Below are positions 47,371 to 59,489 of a stretch of DNA of 64,000 bases, piece after piece. The stretch is from the NCBI GenBank assembly GCA_035714165.1, contig DASTMN010000021.1, positions 6,399 to 70,398 on the forward strand. The letters run 5' to 3'. Both the position numbers and the translations under genes were made by a program. Source of the stretch: Rhizomicrobium sp. (GTDB lineage: Bacteria > Pseudomonadota > Alphaproteobacteria > Micropepsales > Micropepsaceae). The notes beneath the pieces are model-generated. The model was given only the letters and a program-made list of their open reading frames with translations, ran no database searches and had not been told where the DNA came from. Each line of letters begins with the position of its first letter. Positions within the stretch are counted from its first letter, which is position 1.

Positions 47371-48875
47371 TTGATCCGCCTCCAGGCACGACCGTCGCGC
47401 GCCAGAAGGTCGTTGGCGGCGCTGGGCCCCTCGCTGCCCGCGTTATAGTTGGGAAAATGGCGCGGCGTGGTGCTTTCCCAGCCGCGCAGCACCGGCTCCA
47501 CCAGCGCCCAGGCCGCTTCCACCTGGTCGGCGCGCTGGAACAGGGTGGCGTCGCCGATCAGGCAATCATAGATCAGCGTCTCATAGCCCACGGCGGGCGC
47601 CTGCTTGAAATAGTCCTTGTACTTGAACTCCATCGCCACGCTTTCCAGCGCCATGGCCGGGCCGGGCCGCTTGGCGTTGAAGCGCAGGCGGATGCCTTCA
47701 TCCGGCTGCACCCGCATGATCAGCCAGTCGGCATCCAGCTCCTCGATCGGCGTTTCGCGGAACAGGGCATGCGGGGCGCGCTTGAAGCGGATGGCGATCT
47801 CGGTGGAGCGCACCGCCAGCCGCTTGCCGGTGCGCAGATAGAAAGGCACCCCCGCCCAGCGCCAGTTGTCGATCATCAGCCGCATGGCGACGAAGGTTTC
47901 CACCGTGGAATCGGGCGCGACATTGTCCTCGGCGCGATAGGCCCTGACCGGCACATTGGCGACCGCACCGGCGTCATACTGGCCGCGCACCACATCGCTG
48001 AGCTGGAGTTCGTGCACTGCCTTGAAGATTTCCGCCTTCTTGGCGCGCACATCCTCGGCGTCGAAGGAGACCGGCGGCTCCATCGCCGTCATGGCAACAA
48101 GCTGGAACAGGTGGTTGGGCACCATGTCGCGCAGCGCCCCGGTGCTTTCATAGAACTTGCCGCGCGTTTCCACACCCAGGCTTTCGGCCACGGTGATCTG
48201 CACATGGTCGATGCGGTCGCGGTTCCAGATCGGCTCGAACAGGCCGTTGGCGAAACGCAGCGCCATGATGTTCTGCACCGTCTCCTTTCCCAGGAAATGA
48301 TCGATGCGGTAGATCTGGTCCTCGCGCAGGTATTTCAGCAGGCAGGCATTGAGCTGGCGCGCCGAGGCCAGGTCGTGGCCGAAGGGTTTTTCCACGATCA
48401 GGCGGCGGAAGCCTTTATGGTCGCCCGACACCAGCCCCGCCTCGCCCAGGCTCTTCGCGATGGTGGCGAAGAAACGGTCGGCCACCGCCATGTAGAACAG
48501 CACATTGCCGCCCAGTCCGTCCTTCGCATCATGCTCGGCCAGCAGGTCCGACAGGTTTTTATAGGTTTCCGGCTTCTCGAAATCGCCGCTGAGAAAGACC
48601 ATGCAGCGCGCCACCTGCGCCCACAGTGCCTCGTTCAGCGTCTCGTTGTTTTTCGCCAGGGTCTGGACCAGGAAATCCTTCAGCGCCGCCGACCATTCCG
48701 CGCTGGTCTTCTTGTTGTGGTCCACGCCGATCAGTGAGAAATGCGGCGGCAGCAGGCCGGTACGGGCCAGGTTGTACATGGCCGGCACGATCAGCCGCTT
48801 GGTCAGGTCGCCATTGGCGCCGAAGATCACGATGGCGCAGGGCGGCGGCGGCGATTTGTGGGACAGCGCGCTCAT
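47367..48875 (-). CDS. zwf: Glucose-6-phosphate 1-dehydrogenase
   Basis: [41 protein letters not shown] motifs. Confidence 0.95.
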   Translation of the reverse strand: MSALSHKSPPPPCAIVIFGANGDLTKRLIVPAMYNLARTGLLPPHFSLIGVDHNKKTSAEWSAALKDFLVQTLAKNNETLNEALWAQVARCMVFLSGDFEKPETYKNLSDLLAEHDAKDGLGGNVLFYMAVADRFFATIAKSLGEAGLVSGDHKGFRRLIVEKPFGHDLASARQLNACLLKYLREDQIYRIDHFLGKETVQNIMALRFANGLFEPIWNRDRIDHVQITVAESLGVETRGKFYESTGALRDMVPNHLFQLVAMTAMEPPVSFDAEDVRAKKAEIFKAVHELQLSDVVRGQYDAGAVANVPVRAYRAEDNVAPDSTVETFVAMRLMIDNWRWAGVPFYLRTGKRLAVRSTEIAIRFKRAPHALFRETPIEELDADWLIMRVQPDEGIRLRFNAKRPGPAMALESVAMEFKYKDYFKQAPAVGYETLIYDCLIGDATLFQRADQVEAAWALVEPVLRGWESTTPRHFPNYNAGSEGPSAANDLLARDGRAWRRIN

Positions 48876-49861
48876 TTGGGCCTGCTTTCGACATGGCCGC
48901 CGAATTCCTTGCGCATGGCGGACAGCAGCTTTTCACCAAAGGTATTATCGCTGCGCGAGCGGAAGCGGGCGAACAGCGCCGCGGTGATGACCGGGGCGGC
49001 CACCGCCTCGTCCACCGCCGCCTCCACCGTCCAGCGCCCTTCGCCGCTGTCATCCACCTTACCGGAAAACTCTTCCAGGGTTTCGGACTTGGCCAGGGCG
49101 ATGGCGGTCAGGTCCAGCAGCCAGGATGCCACCACGCTGCCGCGCCGCCAGACCTCGGCCACATCGGCGGCATTGATATCGAAGCGTTCCTCCGGCGGCA
49201 GCTTGTCGGAATTGCGCCCGCGCATGATGTCGAAGCCTTCCGCGAAGGCCTGCATCAACCCGTATTCGATGCCGTTATGCACCATCTTGACGAAATGCCC
49301 GGCCCCCGCCGGACCGGCATGCATATAGCCTTCGGTGACGCGCGGATCGGCCGCCTCGCGGTTCGGCGTGCGGGCGATGTCGCCCGCGCCGGGACACAAG
49401 GCGCGGAAGATCGGGTCCAGCCGCGCCACCGTTTCGGTGTCGCCGCCGATCATCATGCAATAGCCGCGCTCCAGCCCCCAGACGCCGCCGGAGGTGCCCA
49501 CATCGAGATAGTGGATGCCCTTTTCGCGCAATTGGCGAGCGCGGCGGATGTCGTCCTTGAACATGGTGTTGCCGCCATCGATGATGACGTCGCCCGCCGC
49601 CAGCAGGCGGCCCAGTTCAGCGATGGCGTCCTCGGTGATCCGCCCGGCGGGCAGCATCACCCAGACGGTGCGCGGCGCCTCCAGCCGGGCCACAAGGTCG
49701 GCCAGCGAGGCCGCGCCCGCCGCCTTGCCTTCCGGGGCGCTTTCCAGCGCCTTCACCGCTTCGGGGCTGGCGTCGAAACCCACCACCGCATGGCCACGGC
49801 TCATCAGCCGCCGCCCGATATTGGCCCCCATGCGGCCCAATCCGATAATCCCGATCTGCAT
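48872..49861 (-). CDS. gnd: Short-type decarboxylating 6-phosphogluconate dehydrogenase (YqeC/GntZ-like)
   Basis: [43 protein letters not shown]; 329 aa from ATG 49861. Confidence 0.92.
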   Translation of the reverse strand: MQIGIIGLGRMGANIGRRLMSRGHAVVGFDASPEAVKALESAPEGKAAGAASLADLVARLEAPRTVWVMLPAGRITEDAIAELGRLLAAGDVIIDGGNTMFKDDIRRARQLREKGIHYLDVGTSGGVWGLERGYCMMIGGDTETVARLDPIFRALCPGAGDIARTPNREAADPRVTEGYMHAGPAGAGHFVKMVHNGIEYGLMQAFAEGFDIMRGRNSDKLPPEERFDINAADVAEVWRRGSVVASWLLDLTAIALAKSETLEEFSGKVDDSGEGRWTVEAAVDEAVAAPVITAALFARFRSRSDNTFGEKLLSAMRKEFGGHVESRPK

Positions 49862-49995
49862 GAAATCTCCTGAAGGCGAACGGCAATTGCTCTGTCGAAT
49901 GGGCCGACTTTGGCCCTGAATCGCCGCCCGGACCACCCCGCCGGCGACAGGGGTTATTCCGCCCTGTGCCGGACCGCTTGCCGCCTCCCTTTTCC

Positions 49996-50021
49996 AACGT
50001 GACCGAAGGTCGCCCGGTTCC
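49996..50021 (-). promoter_or_regulatory. Sigma-EcfG type promoter GGAAC-N17-CGTT upstream of gnd
   Basis: Exact consensus on the minus strand (GGAAC 50021-50017, CGTT 49999-49996). Confidence 0.72.
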
Positions 50022-50128
50022 GGCGAAATGTCTGGAAAACCGGGCAAAAACCGGGGCCGTGACAGCCTCGGCCATTGATTTTACCCCCCCGGCCCTGCCA
50101 ATTACCGGCGCGCATTACAGGCAGATTT

Positions 50129-52411
<2,283 letters not shown>

Positions 52412-52434
52412 CAAATCAGAAGGTGCGAACACCC

Positions 52435-54930
52435 ATGGACCTGAAATTCCTGGCCCAGCAGGCCGTCACCTTCCACCAGCAGGGCAACCTGGTCCAGGCC
52501 GAGGCGCTGTATCAGCAGATCCTGGACGCCGAACCCGGCCTGTTCGGGCCCAACTACTATATGGGCCTGATCCGCATGCAGGAGGGCCGCTTCGAGGAAG
52601 CCGCCACCTATCTGGAGACGGCGCTGCGCATCACGCCCGATGAACTGGGCGCGCTGATGAATCACGGCATGGCGCTGCGCGCCGCGCGCCGCAGCGCCGA
52701 AGCGCTCCGAAGCTTCGACCGCGCGCTGGCCATCAAGCCCGACCTTGCCGAGGCCATGTTCAATCGCGGCGTCGCGCTGGGCGACCTGGAACGCTACGAG
52801 GATGCGGTGGATGCCTATGGCCGCACCCTGACCCTGCAACCGGAATTCGTCTCGGCCATCGTCAATCGCGGCGCCGCGCTCAGCGCGATGGGGCGGCACG
52901 ACGACGCCATCGCCGATTATGACCGGGCGCTGAAGATGCAGCCCAGCAATACGCTGGCGCATTTCAATCGCGGCCTGACGCTGCGCAGCATGGGCCGTTC
53001 CGCCGAAGCGGTGGAAAGCCATGCCCGCGCCATCGCGCTGGAGCCCACCAATCCCGAACTGCACTACAATCACGGCATCGCCCTGCTGGACCTGAAGCGG
53101 GCGCAGGACGCGCTGACCACCTTCGACGCCATCGTGGCGTCCGGCGTGCGGGACGCCGAACTGCTCACCAATCGCGGCCTGGCCCTGCAGATGCTGGGAC
53201 GGGCGGACGAAGCGCTGGCCACGCTGGAAGACGCCCTGACGCTGGATTCACAGATACCCGGCACCTGGGTCAATCGCGGCCTGGCCCTGCGCGACCTGGG
53301 GCGGCTGGACGAGGCGCTGGCCAGCTTCGACATGGTGCTGAACCTCGCGCCCGGCAGCGCCTCGGCCTGGGTCAGCCGCGGCGCGATCCTGCATGCCATG
53401 AAGCGCGGCGAGGAAGCGCTGGAAAGCTTCGACAAGGCGCTGGAAGCCGCGCCCGGCCAGGCCGACGCGCTGGCCAGCCGCGCCCATATGCTCTGGACGG
53501 TCCGGCAGGATTTCGCGGGCGCCGTGAAGGACCTGGAAAAGGCCCTGCGCCAGAACCCGGACCATCCCTATGCCCTGGGCGAACTGCTGCATATCAGGAT
53601 GTATGGCGCGGACTGGACCGGCTTCGACGCCACGCGCGACCGCCTGATCGAAGGCGTGCGCGCCGGCAAGCGGATTGCGCCGCCCTTCATGTTCCAGGCG
53701 GTGGCCGACAGCCCCGCCGATCTTCAGGCCTGTTCGCGCATCTGGGCGCGGGACAAGTATCCGCAACTGCCGTCCGCGCCCCACGATCCGGCCGCGCGCA
53801 GGGACGCAGGCAAAATCCGCATCGGCTATCTGTCCGGCGAGTTCCGCGACCAGGCCACCCAGATCCTGATGGCGGGCATCTACGAAAAGCACGACCGCGA
53901 AAAGTTCGAGCTGGTGGCGATCGACAATGGCGCCGGCGACGGCAGCCCCATGCGGGCGCGGCTGGAAAAGGCGTTCGGCGAATGGCTGGACATCAGCACC
54001 CTGTCGGATGCGGACGCCGCCGCGAAGATCCGCGCCGCGAACATAGACATACTGGTCAACCTGAACGGCTATTTCGGCGCGCCGCGCATGGGGGTCTTCG
54101 CCCGCCGCGCCGCGCCCGTGCAGGTCAACTATCTGGGCTTCCCCGCCACGCTTGGCGCGCCCTATATGGACTATATCCTGGCCGATGCGGTGGTGATCCC
54201 CGACGCGGAAAAGCCCTTTTATGACGAGCAGGTGGTGCACCTGCCCGGCAGCTACCAGGCCAATGACGACAAGCGCGCCATCGCGGAGGCGAGCCTTACC
54301 CGCGCCCAGGCGGGGCTGCCGGAAAAAGGCTTCGTGTTCTGCAATTTCAACCAGAGCTACAAGCTGACGCCCGCCGTCTTCGCAAGCTGGATGCGCATCC
54401 TGAAGCAGGTGGACGGCAGCGTGCTGTGGCTGCTGGAAACCCGCCCACCCTTCGCGGACAATATCCGCAAGGCGGCCCAGGCGGCGGGCATCGCGGGCGA
54501 CCGCATCGTGATCGCCCATGACCTTCCCAATGCCGAGCATCTGGCGCGCCTGAAGCTGGCCGACCTGTTCCTGGACGAGACGCCCTACAACGCCCACACC
54601 ACCGCCAGCGACGCGCTGTGGGCGGGCCTGCCGCTGGTGACCTGCCGGGGCACGACCTTTCCGGGCCGGGTCGCCGCCAGCCTGCTGACCGCCGCCGGTG
54701 TGCCGGACCTGATCGCCGAAACGCCCGCCGACTATGAGAAGCTGGCGGTGATGCTGGCCCAGGATGCGGCGGCGCTGAAGGCGGTGAAGGACAGGCTGTC
54801 CAAGGCCCGCACCAGCGCGCTGTTCGACACCGCCCGCACCTGCCGCGCCATCGAGGCGGCCTATGCGCGGATGTGGCAGGCCTGGCTGGCCGGCAAGGCG
54901 CCGGAAGGCTTCGCCGTCCCGGACGCCTGA
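52435..54930 (+). CDS. TPR-repeat GT41 (OGT/SPINDLY-like) glycosyltransferase, paralog 1
   Basis: About 10 TPRs; RIGYLSGEF, ILVNLNGY, PVQVNYLGFP.T, CNFNQSYK, NAHTTASDALWAG motifs. Confidence 0.9.
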   Translation: MDLKFLAQQAVTFHQQGNLVQAEALYQQILDAEPGLFGPNYYMGLIRMQEGRFEEAATYLETALRITPDELGALMNHGMALRAARRSAEALRSFDRALAIKPDLAEAMFNRGVALGDLERYEDAVDAYGRTLTLQPEFVSAIVNRGAALSAMGRHDDAIADYDRALKMQPSNTLAHFNRGLTLRSMGRSAEAVESHARAIALEPTNPELHYNHGIALLDLKRAQDALTTFDAIVASGVRDAELLTNRGLALQMLGRADEALATLEDALTLDSQIPGTWVNRGLALRDLGRLDEALASFDMVLNLAPGSASAWVSRGAILHAMKRGEEALESFDKALEAAPGQADALASRAHMLWTVRQDFAGAVKDLEKALRQNPDHPYALGELLHIRMYGADWTGFDATRDRLIEGVRAGKRIAPPFMFQAVADSPADLQACSRIWARDKYPQLPSAPHDPAARRDAGKIRIGYLSGEFRDQATQILMAGIYEKHDREKFELVAIDNGAGDGSPMRARLEKAFGEWLDISTLSDADAAAKIRAANIDILVNLNGYFGAPRMGVFARRAAPVQVNYLGFPATLGAPYMDYILADAVVIPDAEKPFYDEQVVHLPGSYQANDDKRAIAEASLTRAQAGLPEKGFVFCNFNQSYKLTPAVFASWMRILKQVDGSVLWLLETRPPFADNIRKAAQAAGIAGDRIVIAHDLPNAEHLARLKLADLFLDETPYNAHTTASDALWAGLPLVTCRGTTFPGRVAASLLTAAGVPDLIAETPADYEKLAVMLAQDAAALKAVKDRLSKARTSALFDTARTCRAIEAAYARMWQAWLAGKAPEGFAVPDA

Positions 54931-54933
54931 GCC

Positions 54934-57024
54934 GTGGATATTCAGGCCCTGGGGCGTCAAGCGTTGGCCCTGCACCAGCAGGGCCAGCTGGACGAGGCCG
55001 AGGCCCTGTACCGCCGCATCCTGGCCGCCGATCCGCGCGTCTTTCCCGCGCTATACCTGCTCGGCGTGCTGCATCTGGAAAAGGGCGATGCGGCGGGCGC
55101 CGCGGCGCTGATCGAACAGGCGCTGGCCCTCAACCCCCATGATCCCAATGCCCTGACCCATCACGCGCTGGCGCTGGGCGCGCTGGCCCGGTTCGACGAG
55201 GCGCTGCGCGCCAGCGAACGCGCCCTGGCGCGCAACCCCCATTTTCCGCCCGCCCTGGCGGCGCGCGGCGCGGCGCTGCTGGGACTGGACCGGCTGGAGG
55301 AGGCGCTGGCCAGTTATGACGCCGCGCTGGCGATCGCGCCGGGCGACGCCCAGTCGCGCATGGACCGCGCCAAGATTTTGCGGAACATGGGCCTGCGCGA
55401 TGAATCCCTAGCGGACTATGAAGCGGTCCTGACCGAAGACGGCGCCAATGCTGAAGCCTGGAACGGGCGGGGCGAAATCCTGCGCCACCTCGGCCGCGCC
55501 GGCGAAGCGCAGGACAGTTTCACCCAGGCGCTGGCGCTGCGCCCCGGCTATGCTGCCGCCTTCAAGAATCGCGGCGACCTGCGCTGGAGTGACCTGCAGG
55601 ACCATGCGGGGGCCGTGGCTGATCTGGAACAGGCGCTGGCACTCGATCCGGCCTTGCCCGAACTGCGCGGCGCGCTGCTGCACCTGAAGATGTTCGGCGG
55701 CGACTGGACCGATTACGAGGAAGAAGTGGCCCGGATTAACCGGGACGTGCGGATGGGAAAGGCTGCGGTGCAGCCCTTTGTCTTCCAGGCGATCACCCAT
55801 TCGCCGGCCGATTCCCAGGCCTGTTCCCGCATCCATGGCCGGGATCACTACCCGCCCCGCGCAACCACGCAGCCGCACCTCCCGCATGACAGGCCGCGAA
55901 TCCGCATCGGTTATGTCTCCGGCGAATTCCACGAACAGGCCGTCTCCTATCTCATGGCGGGACTGTTCGAGTGCCATGACCGCGACCGGTTCGAGATCGT
56001 TGCCTTCAACACGCGCGGCCCGCACACCGGAGCCATGCGCAAGCGGCTGGTGGCGGCCTTCGATGCGTTCATTGATATAGATCGGATGAGCGATGCCGAG
56101 GCCGCCGCCCGAATCCGGGCCGAGCGCATTGACATACTGGTGACCCTGAACGGCTATTTCGGCAATCCGCGGCTGGGCATCTTCGCCCATCGGCCGGCGC
56201 CGGTGCAGGTGAGCTATCTGGGCTTCCCCGCCACGTTGGGCCTGCCTTACATGGATTATGTACTGGCCGACCGGATCGTTCTGCCCGAACCCGAGGCGGC
56301 GTTCTATGACGAAAAGGTGGTCTGGCTGCCGGACACCTATTGGGTGAACGATTCAAGGCGCGTGATCGCCTCGCATACGCCGTCGCGGGCCGATTGCGGA
56401 TTGCCCGAAGACGCTTTCGTCTTCTGCAACTTCAACAACACCTACAAGCTGACGCCCGACACCTTCGCGAGCTGGATGCGGATATTGCGGCAGGCGCCCG
56501 GCAGCGTCTTGTGGCTTTGGGATGGGGCCAACCCGGCATTTGCGGCCAACCTGCGGCGCGAAGCCGCCGCGCGGGACGTTGACCCGTCCCGCCTGATTTT
56601 CGCCGGTCCGGTCGAGGCGTCGGAGAATCTCGCGCGGCTGAAGCTGGCAGGCCTGGCGCTGGATTCCCTGCCCTATGGCGCCCATACCACCGCCGCCGAT
56701 GTGTTGTGGGCGGGCACACCCATCCTGACCTGCCTGGGCAGCACCTGGCCCGGCCGCGTCGCCGCCAGCCTGTTGCACGCCATCGCAATGCCGGAACTGG
56801 TAACGGACACTGTGCAGGAATATGAGGCGCTCGCCGTTGCGCTGGCCCAGGACCCGGCACGACTGCAGCGCTTGCGGGAAAAACTGGCCGCCAACTGCCT
56901 GACGACACCCCTGTTCAACACCGCACGCTTTGCCCGCAACATGGAAGCAGCCTATGCGGAAATGATCGCCCGCTGGCGGCGCGGCGAAGCGCCCGCGCAT
57001 TTCAGCGTCCCGCAATCGGCCTAG
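54934..57024 (+). CDS. TPR-repeat GT41 (OGT/SPINDLY-like) glycosyltransferase, paralog 2
   Basis: Fewer TPRs; RIGYVSGEF, PVQVSYLGFP.T, CNFNNTYK, GAHTTAADVLWAG motifs; GTG start 3 nt after paralog 1. Confidence 0.9.
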   Translation: MDIQALGRQALALHQQGQLDEAEALYRRILAADPRVFPALYLLGVLHLEKGDAAGAAALIEQALALNPHDPNALTHHALALGALARFDEALRASERALARNPHFPPALAARGAALLGLDRLEEALASYDAALAIAPGDAQSRMDRAKILRNMGLRDESLADYEAVLTEDGANAEAWNGRGEILRHLGRAGEAQDSFTQALALRPGYAAAFKNRGDLRWSDLQDHAGAVADLEQALALDPALPELRGALLHLKMFGGDWTDYEEEVARINRDVRMGKAAVQPFVFQAITHSPADSQACSRIHGRDHYPPRATTQPHLPHDRPRIRIGYVSGEFHEQAVSYLMAGLFECHDRDRFEIVAFNTRGPHTGAMRKRLVAAFDAFIDIDRMSDAEAAARIRAERIDILVTLNGYFGNPRLGIFAHRPAPVQVSYLGFPATLGLPYMDYVLADRIVLPEPEAAFYDEKVVWLPDTYWVNDSRRVIASHTPSRADCGLPEDAFVFCNFNNTYKLTPDTFASWMRILRQAPGSVLWLWDGANPAFAANLRREAAARDVDPSRLIFAGPVEASENLARLKLAGLALDSLPYGAHTTAADVLWAGTPILTCLGSTWPGRVAASLLHAIAMPELVTDTVQEYEALAVALAQDPARLQRLREKLAANCLTTPLFNTARFARNMEAAYAEMIARWRRGEAPAHFSVPQSA

Positions 57025-57536
57025 CGGATGAACTGGTCCACATAATCCGCGCCCAGCCCTACCTTGGCGTAATGGGCGCGGCACAGGTCGATCTTGCTGA
57101 ACACATCCTCATAGCCCTGCACGGCGCCGTCGGGGTCCACATAGATCATCACGCCATTGACCTGGAAAAGCGTGATCATCTCCTCCACATCCTCGTCCAC
57201 CACCAGCGTGTGGGTCTCGCCGGGGGCCTCATAGACATAGCCGCCTTCCTGCGCCACCCAGTCATGCTCCAGATAGCGCCAGCGGCCCTTGATGACATAG
57301 CCGTGCACCGGCTGGGGATGGCGGTGGCGCGACAGCACGCCGGACTTGCGGACCCTGAGCAGGTTCATCCAGTAGCCCCGGCTGGCGCAGAGGCACAGCG
57401 GGCGGAACCAGACATTCTCGCCCTGCGGCACCCATACCCGCTCGTCGGCGGGGATCACGGACGGGATCACCAGTTCGGGCGGCGACTCCTTGGGCTGGGG
57501 ATGGCGATAGGCAATGCGGGACTGGTCGCCGCTCAT
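57021..57536 (-). CDS. 2,4'-dihydroxyacetophenone dioxygenase-family cupin
   Basis: DER.WVP....V.FRPL, RHRHPQPV, W.Y.EHDW.A..G.YVYE.PGE.HTL motifs; start MSGDQ at 57536. Confidence 0.85.
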   Translation of the reverse strand: MSGDQSRIAYRHPQPKESPPELVIPSVIPADERVWVPQGENVWFRPLCLCASRGYWMNLLRVRKSGVLSRHRHPQPVHGYVIKGRWRYLEHDWVAQEGGYVYEAPGETHTLVVDEDVEEMITLFQVNGVMIYVDPDGAVQGYEDVFSKIDLCRAHYAKVGLGADYVDQFIR

Positions 57537-57546
57537 GGCGCTTCTC

Positions 57547-58251
57547 CTATTTGGCGCTGTAGCCGCCGTCCACCGGCAGGATGGTGCCGGTGATGAAACG
57601 GGCGGCATCGGAACACAGGAAGGCCGCCGCGCCGCCGATATCGTCCGGCCTGCCCCAGCGGCCCATCGGGGTGCGGGCGACAATCGCTTCGGACCGCGCG
57701 GCATCATCCTGCGCCGCGCGGGTCAGTTCGGTTTCCACCCAGCCGGGCGCGATGGCGTTGGCGCGGATGTCCGGCGCCCAGGCCACGGCCAGCGATTTGG
57801 TCAACTGCGCCACGCCGCCCTTGGACGCCGTGTAGGCGGGCGTCAGAGGCCCGCCGAAAAAGGACCAGACCGAGGCGATGTTGACGATGGCGCCACGCGA
57901 TTGCGCCAGCAGCGGCCTGGCCGCTACGCACAGCCGCATGGCGCCGGTGAGGTTGACGTCGATCACCTTCTGGAAACCGGCGATGGTGAACTCCTGCCCG
58001 TCGCGCAGGATCATCCCGGCGCAGTTCACCAGCGCGTCCAGCCGCGAGAAGCGCGCCACCAGTGCCGCCACCTGCGCGTCATCGGTGACGTCCAGCATGG
58101 CGGCGGCGAGATTGTCCCGCGCGGGCACCGCGGCCACCTCGTCGCCGGTCAATCCGGTCACGGTGACATCAAAGCCGTCAGCCAGTAGCGACTGGGCGAT
58201 GCCCCAGCCGATCCCCCGCGCGCCGCCCGTGATCAAGGCCGTTTTGCTCAT
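57547..58251 (-). CDS. SDR oxidoreductase
   Basis: TGGARGIG, NCAG, YTASKGG, RTPMGRWG; ATG at 58251. Confidence 0.9.
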   Translation of the reverse strand: MSKTALITGGARGIGWGIAQSLLADGFDVTVTGLTGDEVAAVPARDNLAAAMLDVTDDAQVAALVARFSRLDALVNCAGMILRDGQEFTIAGFQKVIDVNLTGAMRLCVAARPLLAQSRGAIVNIASVWSFFGGPLTPAYTASKGGVAQLTKSLAVAWAPDIRANAIAPGWVETELTRAAQDDAARSEAIVARTPMGRWGRPDDIGGAAAFLCSDAARFITGTILPVDGGYSAK

Positions 58252-58297
58252 GGCGGCACCATAGACGAGGCCCCGCCGCGATGCCATTGTCCGCGCC

Positions 58298-59251
58298 ATG
58301 ACGGGGCTTTCCATTCTCGATCTCACGCCGGTCCGCCAGGGCAGCGACGCCGCATCGGCGCTGCGCGACACGCTGGCGCTGGCGCAGCTGGCGGATTCCA
58401 GCGGCTATCACCGCTACTGGCTGGTGGAGCATCACGCCACGGCGGGCGTGGCGGGCGCGGCGACAGCGGTGGTGATCGGCCATATCGCAGCGCACACAAA
58501 AAATATCCGCGTCGGCGCGGGCGGCATCATGCTGCCCAACCATGCGCCCCTGATCGTGGCCGAACAGTTCGGAACCCTGGCCGCCTTTCATCCGGGCCGT
58601 ATTGACCTGGGGCTGGGGCGCGGCATCGCCAGCGACCCGGCCACCCTGCAGGCGCTGCGCCGCCAGCCGAACGACGCCGCCGCCTTTCCGTCCGATGTGC
58701 AGGAGCTGCTGGCCTATTTCGACGGGCGCGGGCCTGTGAAAGCGGTGCCCGGCGAAGGCGCCGATGTGCCGGTCTGGATACTCAGTTCCAGCCTGGGGGG
58801 CGCACAGCTTGCCGCCGCGATGGGGCTGCCTTACGCCTTTGCCTCGCACTTCGCGCCGGACCAGCTCGACGTGGCGCTGGCCGCCTATCGCGGCCGCTTC
58901 CAGCCCTCGGCGCGGCTGCAAAAACCACAGGTGATGCTGTCGCTGACCGCCATCGTGGCCGACACCGATGCGGAAGCACAGCTTCTGTTCTCCTCGGCCC
59001 AGCATGCCGGCGACGGCAAGCTGCCGCCGCCCGTTCCCGATTACCTGGCGTCCATCGCCGCCGAACGCGCCGCCCTCATCCAGAGGATGTTCCGCCATGC
59101 CGCGGTGGGCAGCCCCGATACCGTGGCGCGGGCGCTCGATGCCTTCCGCGAACGCTACAGGCCGGACGAAATCATCGTCACGGCGCAGATTCACGATGTG
59201 AAGGCGCGGCTGAAATCCTTCGAGATGCTGGCGAAGATCGCCGCCGCCTGA
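58298..59251 (+). CDS. LLM-class (luciferase-like) flavin-dependent oxidoreductase, YhbW-like
   Basis: LSILDL, RYWLVEHH, GAGGIMLPNH.PL..AEQFGTL, GRIDLGLGR, FASHF motifs. Confidence 0.9.
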   Translation: MTGLSILDLTPVRQGSDAASALRDTLALAQLADSSGYHRYWLVEHHATAGVAGAATAVVIGHIAAHTKNIRVGAGGIMLPNHAPLIVAEQFGTLAAFHPGRIDLGLGRGIASDPATLQALRRQPNDAAAFPSDVQELLAYFDGRGPVKAVPGEGADVPVWILSSSLGGAQLAAAMGLPYAFASHFAPDQLDVALAAYRGRFQPSARLQKPQVMLSLTAIVADTDAEAQLLFSSAQHAGDGKLPPPVPDYLASIAAERAALIQRMFRHAAVGSPDTVARALDAFRERYRPDEIIVTAQIHDVKARLKSFEMLAKIAAA

Positions 59252-59271
59252 AATTGTAAAAAGGGGGGAAG

Positions 59272-59347
59272 TGGTGGGTGATGTAGGGATCGAACCTACG
59301 ACAAGCTGATTAAGAGTCAGCTGCTCTACCAACTGAGCTAATCACCC
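59272..59347 (-). tRNA. tRNA-Lys (anticodon CTT)
   Basis: Reverse complement GGGTGATTAGCTCAGTTGGTAGAGCAGCTGACTCTTAATCAGCTTGTCGTAGGTTCGATCCCTACATCACCCACCA: 76 nt, cloverleaf, TTCGA T-loop, encoded CCA. Confidence 0.96.
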
Positions 59348-59388
59348 ACGCCGCCGCCGGGCGCTTGGTTTCGCCCGTGGGGAGCGGC

Positions 59389-59417
59389 CTAATAGCAGAG
59401 GGGGTACCCCCTGTCCA
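59389..59417 (-). promoter_or_regulatory. Probable sigma70 promoter of tRNA-Lys (TGGACA-N17-TATTAG)
   Basis: -35 at 59417-59412 and -10 at 59394-59389; the spacer contains the 14-bp palindrome AGGGGGTACCCCCT. Confidence 0.55.
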
Positions 59418-59489
59418 TACGGATGTGCGGGAACCCTTGTGGGTGGATTTTTCCAGCCGGATCAAGGGGAAACAGGCTGCCGCCGTCCC

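Noticed and set aside
58178-59332. 384-aa minus-strand ORF starting MVEQLTLNQ
   Set aside because: Its start is a translation of the tRNA-Lys sequence and the rest is antisense to the LLM gene.
59252-59347. tRNA-Lys as an integration site for a genomic island
   Set aside because: I found no integrase and no second copy of the tRNA 3' end in the window.
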